Origin: Escherichia phage ECOP18
Strand: one strand, 5' to 3'
Sequence record: NC_105825.1
DNA: 64,000 bases
The notes under the pieces were generated by a model. The model saw only the letters and a list, made by a program, of their open reading frames with translations. It searched no databases and was not told the DNA's origin. This document shows positions 10,973-21,053 of this stretch, piece by piece. Within the stretch, counting starts at the first letter, position 1, and every line of letters begins with the position of its first letter. Both the position numbers and the translations under genes were made by a program.

Positions 10973-12379
10973 TTAACCACCAGCACTAACTGTGATAGTT
11001 TTAGTACCTTCTACACCAGAACCGTCTTTAGCTACAGCCTTCACAGTAACTGCACCCGTTTTAGAAACATCAGCAGTTAATAGTCCAGATTCGGCATCAA
11101 TCGTAGCGGCATCACCACTAGAAATAGACCAAGTCACAGCCTTATTAGTAGCTTCTGGAGGGGTTACCTCAACAGACATCTGTAAAGTATTACTATTTGT
11201 TACAGAAGTAGCATCAGCAGCAGATTTAACTGTGATTGATTCGACTAGTTTTGGTGGAGTTTTGGCACCGTCCCCCGTAGCAATCAGATTAGCCACAGTA
11301 GTTTTTGTATACTTGTTAGAAAATCCAAGATAACCTTCGTCACCAGTATCCAAATCTGTAGGAATAGCCTTAAACTCTACTGAAGTACCAAGTACATCAT
11401 CAGTCTCAATAGTAGGAATGTTAACGTGTGCCTGTTTAGCGACTAACACAGTTGCCGGACGTTCATCATCATATTCACCACCGAGGATAAGTGCAATCTC
11501 AAACCTGTTAACCACCTTAAGAGTTTTGACCAGATCTTTATATAGCTCCATAGATCCTAGAGCTTTATCGTTAAGGTATGCTGTCAGAGAACCCGTTAAC
11601 TCAAACGCACCTGTAAATGAGCCGATTGGAATATTTACACGTGACATAATATTCGGGGTTAGGTACGTGATGTTGTTATTAATGGTAAAAGTACCACCAG
11701 TAATAGGAATATCATATGCCTTATCAGAATCCATATCCTTAATTTTTAGGATAGTTAACTTGTTCTTTATATAAGAACTCTGAATAGTCATATAGGTTTC
11801 ATCATCAATACCTAATGCATCAGGGTCAAATGGTTGGCTATCTAACGGGATGAGCTGATTACCATTACCAGACCAAGTTACACGACCAATATCTTCAATA
11901 TCAACGTTAACTTCTGCCTGGTTGATCTGGCAAGAGTCAATGTAACTCCACGCATTGTCAGTTAGAATGTAAATATGCAGCATGGCCAGTTCGTGATATG
12001 CGTTATCTTTGAAGTTAACCATGAAGTTAGTAGCATTATTATGTGCTCCAGTATCTCCATCAAGGTTAATAGCTTTACCACTAGAAAGTGCATGCCATAA
12101 CATATAGTCAGGAACAATTTGTTTGCTAGTAGTTTTATCCATGTATGGCAGGATATAGGTGGAGAAGCTCCACTCAGCTGCATTCAAGGAATCGTTAAAA
12201 CGTTTAGAACCACGAGTAGGACGCGGACCAGCTTCGTTAACAGTAATATCTGTTGAGTTACTGTCCTGACCCCAAGAAATATCATCCTGAACTAGAATCT
12301 CTTGCGTGTTGGTCTTATCGTGACCAGTCTTAACCGTAGACACGAAGATTCGAGTATTACGTAATAGTTGTAAAGACAT
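10973..12379 (-). CDS. major tail tube protein, pb6-like, C-terminal Ig-like domain (468 aa)
   Basis: C-terminus has bacterial Ig-like repeat character (VTVKAVAKDGSG...TITVSAGG); position upstream of chaperones and tape measure. Confidence 0.7.
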   Translation of the reverse strand: MSLQLLRNTRIFVSTVKTGHDKTNTQEILVQDDISWGQDSNSTDITVNEAGPRPTRGSKRFNDSLNAAEWSFSTYILPYMDKTTSKQIVPDYMLWHALSSGKAINLDGDTGAHNNATNFMVNFKDNAYHELAMLHIYILTDNAWSYIDSCQINQAEVNVDIEDIGRVTWSGNGNQLIPLDSQPFDPDALGIDDETYMTIQSSYIKNKLTILKIKDMDSDKAYDIPITGGTFTINNNITYLTPNIMSRVNIPIGSFTGAFELTGSLTAYLNDKALGSMELYKDLVKTLKVVNRFEIALILGGEYDDERPATVLVAKQAHVNIPTIETDDVLGTSVEFKAIPTDLDTGDEGYLGFSNKYTKTTVANLIATGDGAKTPPKLVESITVKSAADATSVTNSNTLQMSVEVTPPEATNKAVTWSISSGDAATIDAESGLLTADVSKTGAVTVKAVAKDGSGVEGTKTITVSAGG

Positions 12380-12405
12380 TTAATTATTTTCTCCTAATCT
12401 GTAAC

Positions 12406-12891
12406 TTATCTGCGAAGTGACCTACGTGGAGGCTGATACCTCACTGTTACATTTATTTCTGCTAAACCATATGGGGCCAGTAGACCCTCATCTGTACTAA
12501 CTGATGTAATGCTCATATCAGTCGCCTCACATGGGAAGGTCGATCCATTAGGTTTACTAACAGTATATTCTAAATTTCCACCTGTGTCAATAACGGTTTT
12601 TATATCCGCTACGAGTTTTTCAAGTTGCTCTTGAATGTCTGTTTTCTCTTTATCATACACCAGGATAGGAAGTTCTAAAAACATCCACTGTTGACCTGAG
12701 GGAAGATACTGCCCAGTTTCAGTTCCGATATGAACTGCAACATAAGGAAACTCTCGTATCTCCTCAAACTTATAAGTTTGACGTGAGACGTTTCCATACA
12801 AGTTATTAAAATATTCATCTGGTTGAGAGCCATCCATTTGTTTGGCTATTCGATCAACCAGAGCTTGTGCTATACTTGTTCTGTGATCCAT
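12406..12891 (-). CDS. tail completion/neck protein (161 aa)
   Basis: ORF between capsid and tail tube genes. Confidence 0.4.
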   Translation of the reverse strand: MDHRTSIAQALVDRIAKQMDGSQPDEYFNNLYGNVSRQTYKFEEIREFPYVAVHIGTETGQYLPSGQQWMFLELPILVYDKEKTDIQEQLEKLVADIKTVIDTGGNLEYTVSKPNGSTFPCEATDMSITSVSTDEGLLAPYGLAEINVTVRYQPPRRSLRR

Positions 12892-12894
12892 TTA

Positions 12895-13662
12895 TTAGGT
12901 TCCTTGATTAACCTTAATTTTGTATCTGGAGTGAATTAAGTCTCTTGCAGCTTTAGCTATCGCCTCTCCAATTAGTCTTTGAGGGTTTCTAGCACCTGGG
13001 TAGGGTCGTAATGACAATCTTCGATATGTAGATACTGCAGGATTAAATACTGAATATGGACGTACCATATAATTATATGTAACATTTAATTCAGGAGCAC
13101 CTTTGCTAGTTCCAGCATCTCTAAGCATAACATCTTTAACTTTTAGAGAATTTGCAAAACGACCTGTTCTAAATTTAAGTGGAGCCCCTGCTTTTTTCAT
13201 ATCCTTTATTAAGTATTCTTTAGCAACCAACTCCAGAATAACCTTCATATTACTATTTGATACAAAACGACCAGAAGCACCTGTTACTGCACCAGAATAT
13301 CCATCTTCTACGTCTCTAGGATCCCCAAAGTTTACTTGAACTCTACCAGTAGAACGTTTTTTACCCACAGAGGATTTTTTACCAGCAGTTGCCTGTATGA
13401 GGTTTTCCAGAGCACCTAAGTCTCCTGTTAGATCTAAGCTAGAAGATACAGCTTTTAGGATAGAAGCGGTCCTAACATTAAGGAGATCCTGTGATACCGG
13501 TTTTGAGAATTTAAAAGATACTTGAGCAATAGTACCATCTCTAGTGGGATCTTTTAGTCCTGTTTCAACAGAATATACAACAGTATTCTTATTGTTCTCG
13601 GAACGTCCAACATTATCTAGCTGCTCCTTAATAATTTGTGTAGCTAAATCAGAAAGAGACAT
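12895..13662 (-). CDS. head-tail joining protein (255 aa)
   Basis: ORF track; structural module position. Confidence 0.4.
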   Translation of the reverse strand: MSLSDLATQIIKEQLDNVGRSENNKNTVVYSVETGLKDPTRDGTIAQVSFKFSKPVSQDLLNVRTASILKAVSSSLDLTGDLGALENLIQATAGKKSSVGKKRSTGRVQVNFGDPRDVEDGYSGAVTGASGRFVSNSNMKVILELVAKEYLIKDMKKAGAPLKFRTGRFANSLKVKDVMLRDAGTSKGAPELNVTYNYMVRPYSVFNPAVSTYRRLSLRPYPGARNPQRLIGEAIAKAARDLIHSRYKIKVNQGT

Positions 13663-14174
13663 TATACTCTCCTGTAAACTTCAATAATAGTACGAATATG
13701 CTCTGGAATACCAGACTTAGTATTATTAAAAGTAACTGTTTCTCCGCCAATTGTTTTAGCTTGGCGATAATCCTGTTTGTGCCAATGATCTACTAGCATA
13801 CATGCTGCAAGTTTGAGATCCTCAGGTATTGGATTAAATCCACCTTGTGTGTATTCTACATCCATATAACCTTCTGGAGGGTTAAATTTAAGAAGTATAA
13901 CCCCATCAGAATACAACTTATACTGTTCAGGATCTATCTCCTTGTCGTTAATAGTCATTTTGGTTACTGAAGTAGCCGAGGGAGAACTTAAGAAGTATTT
14001 TTTACGAGTAGGTTTTGTATTGATTAACTGGTCTACCGCATCAGCATCATCCATACCTAAAAGGCTAGTAATCAGCGCATTGGCAGCAGTAATCATCATC
14101 TCTACTCCAGATTCTAGTTCAGGTCGTTTTAAACCACCGTATAATCTATAGTCTTCAGCTGTGATTATTTGCAT
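13662..14174 (-). CDS. head completion protein (170 aa)
   Basis: ORF downstream of capsid gene and its terminator. Confidence 0.4.
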   Translation of the reverse strand: MQIITAEDYRLYGGLKRPELESGVEMMITAANALITSLLGMDDADAVDQLINTKPTRKKYFLSSPSATSVTKMTINDKEIDPEQYKLYSDGVILLKFNPPEGYMDVEYTQGGFNPIPEDLKLAACMLVDHWHKQDYRQAKTIGGETVTFNNTKSGIPEHIRTIIEVYRRV

Positions 14175-14186
14175 TTATTTTTCCCA

Positions 14187-14212
14187 ATAAAAAAGGAGAG
14201 CCGAAGCTCTCC
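14187..14212 (-). terminator. rho-independent terminator after major capsid gene
   Basis: ggagagc...gctctcc hairpin followed by U-run on minus strand. Confidence 0.55.
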
Positions 14213-14233
14213 TTATCGGCTGAAAAGCCTGTA

Positions 14234-15610
14234 TTAAACTGCAGCGTAAGCACCAGATACAACGCCATTTGCAAAGTAACGTTGCAGGTTAACGCGCTGA
14301 GTAACGTAATATGCATCACGCTGTTTACCAGCTTGGCGCTCACGTTCAACAGTAACAGCACGCTGACGTGGCATTACGAAGTTATCTTTATAAACGATAA
14401 CTGCGAACTCTTTATCAGCAGCTTTAGCTGGGAAGTACTCAGAAACTACAACCGGCAGACCGTAAATACGACCAACCTGACCCTGTAGTTTAACAGCATC
14501 ATTACCAACCTGGGCAACATCCTGCCATTCTTCATCTTCCAGCAGATCGTAGTAAGCATCCATAGATACGATCAGTACTAGTTTGCTCAATTTCAGACCA
14601 TGACGGCCCAGTTTACGACGCAGTTTAGAGATAGTTTTAGCAGTTACCAGTACGGAACCATCAGCTTTAGCTTCAGTAGTAACTTTAGCACTATCTTCAC
14701 TAGCCAGAGTCAACAGACCTTTCGGCTGACCCGTACCATTACCAGTCATAAACGCTTCTTCGATAGAAACAGCATGTGCTTCGATCAGACGCTTACGCAG
14801 CAGAGGCAGCAGGGAGAAGATTGCATCTTCTTCAGTTTCATCAGTGATGAAGGACTTAGCAGCCAGCTTGTAAGTTTTGAAGCTGATTTCAGTCAGGGCA
14901 CCTTTAACTTCGTCACCAACAGTTTCGTCAGTACCAAATTTGGAAGCATCTACCCAAGTAGCTTTTCCAGCTTCTGGTTCAACGAGCATAGTAAGAATTT
15001 TGCTGGACATTGGCAGTTCATCGAACAGTGCACCAACTACTAATTCTTTCTGCAGATCACGGATAATACGGGTGGAGAAGATAGTTTCGTATGCTTCGCT
15101 AGACATAGAAACGGAAGAAGAACCATTGACAGCCTTAACGTGGGCTTTACCATGTTCAGTTTCGAATACGTCCTTCTCCATCATATAAGACAGAAGAACT
15201 AGTTTTTCAACTTCATCTTCAAAAGCTTCCTGAGTACCGTACAGTGCTTTAGCTACGCTATCACCGACGAAGGAGCGACCTTCACGAGCTGTCAGCAGAG
15301 ATTTAATTTCATCCTGAAGACCAACAATAGTTTCCTGTTGTTTTTCTACAGTTTGTGCAAACAGTTCTGCGCTCTTCTTAGATTTCTCATCCAGAGACTT
15401 AACCAGATCCAGAGCCTCTTCCAGACGCTTACGATCTTCGCCAACTGCTTTAGAAACCAGGTCATTCATACGAGCCAGTTCTTTTTCTTCCTGCTCTTTA
15501 CGCATACGTTCAGCTTCCTGAGCTTTCTGAGCAGCGGTCAGACCTTCCAGAGATTTAGCCAGATCACCCAGACCAAGTTCTTCTTTCAGCTTATTAATAT
15601 CAATAGTCAT
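14234..15610 (-). CDS. major capsid protein, pb8-like (458 aa)
   Basis: Follows prohead protease; N-terminal coiled-coil scaffold-like delta domain then capsid body; terminator immediately downstream. Confidence 0.75.
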   Translation of the reverse strand: MTIDINKLKEELGLGDLAKSLEGLTAAQKAQEAERMRKEQEEKELARMNDLVSKAVGEDRKRLEEALDLVKSLDEKSKKSAELFAQTVEKQQETIVGLQDEIKSLLTAREGRSFVGDSVAKALYGTQEAFEDEVEKLVLLSYMMEKDVFETEHGKAHVKAVNGSSSVSMSSEAYETIFSTRIIRDLQKELVVGALFDELPMSSKILTMLVEPEAGKATWVDASKFGTDETVGDEVKGALTEISFKTYKLAAKSFITDETEEDAIFSLLPLLRKRLIEAHAVSIEEAFMTGNGTGQPKGLLTLASEDSAKVTTEAKADGSVLVTAKTISKLRRKLGRHGLKLSKLVLIVSMDAYYDLLEDEEWQDVAQVGNDAVKLQGQVGRIYGLPVVVSEYFPAKAADKEFAVIVYKDNFVMPRQRAVTVERERQAGKQRDAYYVTQRVNLQRYFANGVVSGAYAAV

Positions 15611-15627
15611 TTTTAAATAATTCTCCG

Positions 15628-16260
15628 TTATTCTTTAACGTAGCCTAAAGCTATCGCAAGTTTTTCTAGTTCAGAAAGATTACGTTCTTGAGCTGGGACA
15701 GCTTTAGAACTTATTGCAGTAAAAGATTTACGCCATTCAGTATAATCATGACCATTCATGCTCTTAGCGAGATTGAACGTTGAGTCCTGATTACAAGGTA
15801 CAGAAACTACCGAAACTTCGTATAGTTCTAAATCTTTAATAATAAATATATCAGTAGCTTCATCCCACTCTGCATCTAGGCAGCGGAATCCGATACTAAA
15901 AGTTTTCAGTACACCGTTTTTAATTAGTGAAAAGATAGCCGGATCGGAACTTTCATAGATCTCACATTCGATTTCGAGACCCATTTCAGTAGGGTTAAGA
16001 TCAATACACTTACCGATTGGACGACGATGATCGTGTCCGAAAAGAATAATCGGGTTTTTCATATAGTTAGTAAGTGCATTAGATGTTTTCCACGCAGAAG
16101 CAGGAATTACATCACCAGCGCGATCTTTACTAATTGTATTAGCGAATCCACGGATTTTTACAACGCCCTCTTTGGATTCGCTATCAATAGATTTAATATA
16201 AGCATCTAAATGAACGGGTGCTGATTTTAACTTGTTATAGTCAATAGCAGCTTGTGTCAT
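15628..16260 (-). CDS. prohead protease, pb11-like (210 aa)
   Basis: Between decoration and capsid genes; size typical of prohead protease. Confidence 0.6.
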   Translation of the reverse strand: MTQAAIDYNKLKSAPVHLDAYIKSIDSESKEGVVKIRGFANTISKDRAGDVIPASAWKTSNALTNYMKNPIILFGHDHRRPIGKCIDLNPTEMGLEIECEIYESSDPAIFSLIKNGVLKTFSIGFRCLDAEWDEATDIFIIKDLELYEVSVVSVPCNQDSTFNLAKSMNGHDYTEWRKSFTAISSKAVPAQERNLSELEKLAIALGYVKE

Positions 16261-16263
16261 TTA

Positions 16264-16758
16264 TTAGCCTCCAGGAACAGTAGGATTAACTGTCACAGCA
16301 CATGCAGTAGAATCCTTACTTACTTGCTTACTATCTGTTACAGTTACTTTATAAGAGCCGGCATCCTCCGTAGCTGCTGCAGGCTTAGTATAGGTAGCTC
16401 CTGAAGCACCAGGAATAGGAGAACCATCTTTAGTCCATGCATAAGTATATGGACCAGTACCACCAGTTGCAGTAACAGAAAGTGTTAATGCTGCTCCCTC
16501 TTCAACTGACATGCTAGCAGTTAAATCTCTAGAAAGAGTTAATGGTGGAGCCGGTGGAGCAGGAGGAACTGCTTTACCATAGGCCTCTACAAATTTCTTC
16601 CATACTTTACGGTTAGTATGCGCAGATGAAAGCCCTAGTTCTCTACGCAGAAAAGCATAGCTAGGAACATATTTATGCGCAGCAACCGTAGCAAAGAAGA
16701 TATGAGATTCTGGCAGTTTTTCACCAAAAATGGTCTTTAGACCATTATAATCAATCAT
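16264..16758 (-). CDS. capsid decoration protein, pb10-like, Ig-like domain (164 aa)
   Basis: C-terminal Ig-like segment (TLSVTATGGTGPYTYAWTKDGSPIPGASGATYTKPAAATEDAGSYKVTVTD). Confidence 0.6.
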   Translation of the reverse strand: MIDYNGLKTIFGEKLPESHIFFATVAAHKYVPSYAFLRRELGLSSAHTNRKVWKKFVEAYGKAVPPAPPAPPLTLSRDLTASMSVEEGAALTLSVTATGGTGPYTYAWTKDGSPIPGASGATYTKPAAATEDAGSYKVTVTDSKQVSKDSTACAVTVNPTVPGG

Positions 16759-17972
16759 TCTTTATCTCCCTCGGTGGAACCTTGAGGTCTACCACCTTCT
16801 TGACCAGATACACCTGTTGCAGAACCAGCAACGTTAGCAGGAATACGAATCCTATCCATCTGCTCATCATCTAAAGGTTCAAGGTTCAGCTCTAAACGAG
16901 CTTCGTTACCAGTCATAATACCATTATTAACCAATGAGGTTAAATGTTTAGCCTCAGCTTCTTTATCTGGTGTTAATGCAGCTACTTCCTTAGTATTAGG
17001 AGTAATCTTATAACCAAAAAAGAAAGTAAGAGAACTAGTCAGTTTGTTCAGCATAGGAATGATAGTCATATAATAGAACAATTCGATGTTTGGTCGAATA
17101 TTCGCATTATTACCACCATCAAGCAGTACTTGCGGAACTCCAAAGGCTAGACAAATAGATTTATTAAATCCTTCGATGTCTTCCTTAAAGTCTAGATCTT
17201 TAAAAGAGGATATTTGGGAGTACGGTTTAGCTTTCATACCACCATCTAGAATCAGGACAGAAGACTGACCCGTACTAGGATTATAATCGAGTTGTAATTC
17301 TTCTTGTTTACGCTCACGCAATTTCTTGTTCAGGATTTCATCCGTTTCAAGAATAAGACCAATCACGGTTCCGTTATCGAGGAATTTCTCTTTAAAGTTA
17401 AGCATTTTAGAACGCTTTTCAAGAGAGTCAATAACAGTAGCAACACGAGATTGTCCAGAAATTTGAGAATTTGTGCCACACACGTAACTGTTATCCTTTA
17501 TAAAGATAATCTCATCTACGCGATAGTTTATCTGATTATTAAATATAAATTTTTTGATAAACTTATTGGCATCTGCCTCGACCTGCATAAGAGCAGCCGG
17601 GACATGGTAAAGCGATGTGCCATCCCAATAGATGTATGCACAACCTTCAAAAAGTAGGTCAGTGACTACAAGTCTACGGAATGTGCTTATATCCATGAAT
17701 GGATTAGGTCGTACATTTAAGAGAGTGTCTAGAGTCTTTGTTTTGACGCCATTAGCGTACGTAACAATATTATATTTATCTCCGACAGTATAAGAACACT
17801 CCGCCGCACTATCTATAACCATATTGGCAGTTCGATTGAGAATCTCAATCTTGCTATAGGCTTGTCCAGTGGTAAAAGGCTTACGGTTAGTGCGATGACT
17901 AACTGGTTCCATGTCTCTTATAATACGTTGACCCGGATTTAGCTTTTCAGTAATCCAGCTTTTAAAACCCAT
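16755..17972 (-). CDS. portal protein (405 aa)
   Basis: Size and position between terminase and protease. Confidence 0.7.
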   Translation of the reverse strand: MGFKSWITEKLNPGQRIIRDMEPVSHRTNRKPFTTGQAYSKIEILNRTANMVIDSAAECSYTVGDKYNIVTYANGVKTKTLDTLLNVRPNPFMDISTFRRLVVTDLLFEGCAYIYWDGTSLYHVPAALMQVEADANKFIKKFIFNNQINYRVDEIIFIKDNSYVCGTNSQISGQSRVATVIDSLEKRSKMLNFKEKFLDNGTVIGLILETDEILNKKLRERKQEELQLDYNPSTGQSSVLILDGGMKAKPYSQISSFKDLDFKEDIEGFNKSICLAFGVPQVLLDGGNNANIRPNIELFYYMTIIPMLNKLTSSLTFFFGYKITPNTKEVAALTPDKEAEAKHLTSLVNNGIMTGNEARLELNLEPLDDEQMDRIRIPANVAGSATGVSGQEGGRPQGSTEGDKE

Positions 17973-18424
17973 TATAAGAACCTTGCGAATCCTGATTTTG
18001 TTTCAGTCTTGACTTGTGTCTTTTCTTGAGGATTCTGTAATTTGTCTTTCTGCTTTTGAACCCATGCTTTCTGTTTATTAGCAGAAAATAATGGAGGTTC
18101 TTTCGTGTAAACCTTATGTAATAGTTGGTGATGGTGCTGGCACAATGTTACCACGTCCCTAACTAACTCATGCTCATATTTCTTGTAGAATGCTTCCCTA
18201 TTTGAAAGGACGATATTCTCATCAGTGAAATCCAGCTGGAGTTCTTTAGCAAATTTTTTTATTAGCTGAGATATAGTATGATAGTGATGAAGTTCTAGGT
18301 CTTCACTACTACCACATATAGCACAGCAACCATCCTTACTATACCTAGATTTTATACCATCTCTCATTATGGAAATGGCATCACGTTTGTACTTAGTATT
18401 AGTGGCCATAATCCTCCAATCCAA
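17972..18424 (-). CDS. HNH homing endonuclease (150 aa)
   Basis: CAICGS...LELHH...LCQHHH motifs. Confidence 0.6.
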   Translation of the reverse strand: MDWRIMATNTKYKRDAISIMRDGIKSRYSKDGCCAICGSSEDLELHHYHTISQLIKKFAKELQLDFTDENIVLSNREAFYKKYEHELVRDVVTLCQHHHQLLHKVYTKEPPLFSANKQKAWVQKQKDKLQNPQEKTQVKTETKSGFARFL

Positions 18425-19073
18425 AGCTACTTAGAAAGATTACTATATCCTCAGGAGCAACATTAAAAAATTCCGTGCTTCCTGTAAAATTAGAAAACCC
18501 ACAGTTTTTATTATAATATTCTCTGTGAACTTCCTTTTCTAAATCTAAAGCAGTCTCTCTATCAGGTAGATGATACATGGTGAACAAGTACAGGTCAGAA
18601 AATCCAGATTCTCTTTTAACTTCATTCAACCGTTTCTCAGGGTATAAGCTTATGCCTACTTTAGTACCGCTAGAGGAGGACATGATATAGAGGAATCCGC
18701 CATTCTCCCACTTAAGAGAACAATAAGGACATCTCTTACCTTGAGTCAATCCATCTAAGGTAATGAAACAGTCATGCCCATTATTGCAGCGTAGATGTAG
18801 TTTTGTTTTAGCATTAGTATAGCTGCTTAACAGAGTATACCCTATATTAGATATTCTGTTACTAACTTCATCTAACGATATTGTATTATTGGAGCAGTGT
18901 GGACAACCTCTCCTCATATGGAGTATAGAATGTGGTGTTGCTTCCCAAACGTGTGCTCTCTGGCATTTAAATACTGTTTTTATACGTTGGTTTACATACT
19001 CACCGACAATTTGGATTCCACGATCAGCTAATCTAATATTTATATCTTTTATTGTTAGCTTTTGTCGACCCAT
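18399..19073 (-). CDS. homing-endonuclease-like protein, Zn-ribbon plus GIY-YIG/T5orf172-type domain (224 aa)
   Basis: CPHC and CPYC motifs followed by GGFLYIM...VGIS...YHL segment. Confidence 0.45.
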   Translation of the reverse strand: MGRQKLTIKDINIRLADRGIQIVGEYVNQRIKTVFKCQRAHVWEATPHSILHMRRGCPHCSNNTISLDEVSNRISNIGYTLLSSYTNAKTKLHLRCNNGHDCFITLDGLTQGKRCPYCSLKWENGGFLYIMSSSSGTKVGISLYPEKRLNEVKRESGFSDLYLFTMYHLPDRETALDLEKEVHREYYNKNCGFSNFTGSTEFFNVAPEDIVIFLSSFGLEDYGH

Positions 19074-19244
19074 AGAATCTCCTACACCTCATGTAGAGCA
19101 TTAATTTTTCTTGTTTACGTTCTATTATGGGAGAAGTTCTCCCGATCAATGAATATAGTATACATAATCGTATCGAATTTGTAAAGGGGATTTTAAAATG
19201 CAGGAATGGGATACCAACTGAGTAGTATCCCATCCTATACTTAT

Positions 19245-20561
19245 TTATTTACCACGGGAAATAGAGTAAATTCCATAGCGCAGCGCATCACAGAGGTGAG
19301 AGTTAGCATCATGACGTGGTTTTTCACGTGATAATTTTTCTTCACCTTCTTGGAAGTCCCATTTATAGTTCTGCAACGCATGGATTAATGAGGAACATGA
19401 AGCATCTACAATAATCTTGCCTTGCTGGAATAGCGCTTGCAAGCATGCTAGACCGTCTAGGACAGATTTTTTAGCTGGAGCCGATGCAATTTCATGTTCA
19501 TAAGCTAAGTCCTGACGGAACTGAGCTGCGGCAGAGTCAACAAAAACACGATCAACTTTATAACGATCTATACAGTGCTGGATATACGCAGCATGTTGCG
19601 CTGTAGTTTTCTCCGCCTGCTGGTACTCTTCTAATACATAGTAAGTATCTGTATCATAGTGGTACTTAATAGTAAGAACTGCTGTAGGATCACGATAACC
19701 AACGTCAATACCAAGCAACGTTTCGAATGCTTCATCATCTTTAAAGAAGTGACGCATACCTTTAAGGTCTTTAACATGATCAATAGCATTAAAGGTATCG
19801 AAGATCTGACCTTCGAATACAGAGAAGTCAGCCTCATATTCCTGACGGAAGTAGTTTTTACTAACGGTACGACGTGCTTCTTCGATATCATTCAGATCAG
19901 CACGTGGGTTATCACGATATGTACCATGAATAGATACCCAGTTAGGCAACGTATCATCAAATCCATAGGCATAAAACTCTTTAAACCAGTTACCACCACG
20001 AGGAGTAGAGATAAATAGAGCCTTAGAGTTTGGTTTATCTAGGGTAGGGCGCAACTGAACTCTAAAGGCATCGCCACCAACATCGGAAATTGCCGCCTCA
20101 TCGAAGATGATAAAGTCATATGAACGTCCAACTGCGGAGTCAGCCTGCGCCGCAGAAGCTAGTTTAAACAGTGAGCCGTTTGCCAGCTCAATTTCTTTAT
20201 CTTTAGCATTCTCACGTTCAGTTTGTAGGCCATACTTCTTAATAAGACCACGAATCTGAGACCATCCGATGTTGGCTAGTGAGTAGTTAGGAGCAACTAC
20301 TAGTACCTTTACATTAGGTTCCAGCAATTTTAGGAACCCAAGTGTATATGCTATAAAGGACTTGCCCACACGACGTGATACACACGCCGTTACAAAACGA
20401 TGTCTAGGGTCTTCTAGAGCATTAATAATTGCTATTTGGGGGCCATTAGGTGTAATACCTTCTTGTGCTAGTATTCCTGAAACGGGTAGACGAAAGAAAC
20501 GTTTATCTATTCCGAAATCAATAACATCTACTGTGTTAACGTAGGGTCTTGATACTTCCAT
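19245..20561 (-). CDS. terminase large subunit (438 aa)
   Basis: Walker A-like VSRRVGKS, ATPase then nuclease-like C-terminus with acidic residues. Confidence 0.85.
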   Translation of the reverse strand: MEVSRPYVNTVDVIDFGIDKRFFRLPVSGILAQEGITPNGPQIAIINALEDPRHRFVTACVSRRVGKSFIAYTLGFLKLLEPNVKVLVVAPNYSLANIGWSQIRGLIKKYGLQTERENAKDKEIELANGSLFKLASAAQADSAVGRSYDFIIFDEAAISDVGGDAFRVQLRPTLDKPNSKALFISTPRGGNWFKEFYAYGFDDTLPNWVSIHGTYRDNPRADLNDIEEARRTVSKNYFRQEYEADFSVFEGQIFDTFNAIDHVKDLKGMRHFFKDDEAFETLLGIDVGYRDPTAVLTIKYHYDTDTYYVLEEYQQAEKTTAQHAAYIQHCIDRYKVDRVFVDSAAAQFRQDLAYEHEIASAPAKKSVLDGLACLQALFQQGKIIVDASCSSLIHALQNYKWDFQEGEEKLSREKPRHDANSHLCDALRYGIYSISRGK

Positions 20562-21043
20562 TACTTCTTACCTCCAGTAGCTAGGGAAGTAATTAAGTCC
20601 ATATAGTTTTGATCCCCAGCTCCAGCAATAATATTATTCTGGATATTGGTCTGATTAGCAGGAGCACGGACGGCAGCTTTAGCTTTTTCTAGCTCCACCA
20701 TCATTTTCATCTCTTCCATTTTCATCTTGTGCGCCTTCCAGAGAATATCCATAATATCCTGGTCAGAACCCATGCCGGTTTCTTCTAGTTCTTCTAGTTT
20801 ACGCTTAATAACTTCATCTAGAACACCAAACAAACGATCTCTGTTACGGAATCCACTTTCCATAAAAATATCGTTTAAGTAGTTCTTAACTTCACTACGA
20901 TTCATAATATCTCGGAAAGCAATTTCTGACATTCCAAGGCTACGTGCGGCAGAAGGCACATCGCTACCGCACTGTAAATAAGCTTCAATTACATCCATCC
21001 CTTCAGGGGACATAAGATCTGGTACTAATACATCATTTGCCAT
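20561..21043 (-). CDS. putative terminase small subunit / DNA-binding protein (160 aa)
   Basis: Helix-turn-helix-like [16 protein letters not shown]; directly upstream of large terminase. Confidence 0.4.
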   Translation of the reverse strand: MANDVLVPDLMSPEGMDVIEAYLQCGSDVPSAARSLGMSEIAFRDIMNRSEVKNYLNDIFMESGFRNRDRLFGVLDEVIKRKLEELEETGMGSDQDIMDILWKAHKMKMEEMKMMVELEKAKAAVRAPANQTNIQNNIIAGAGDQNYMDLITSLATGGKK

Positions 21044-21053
21044 ATTTCCTCCT

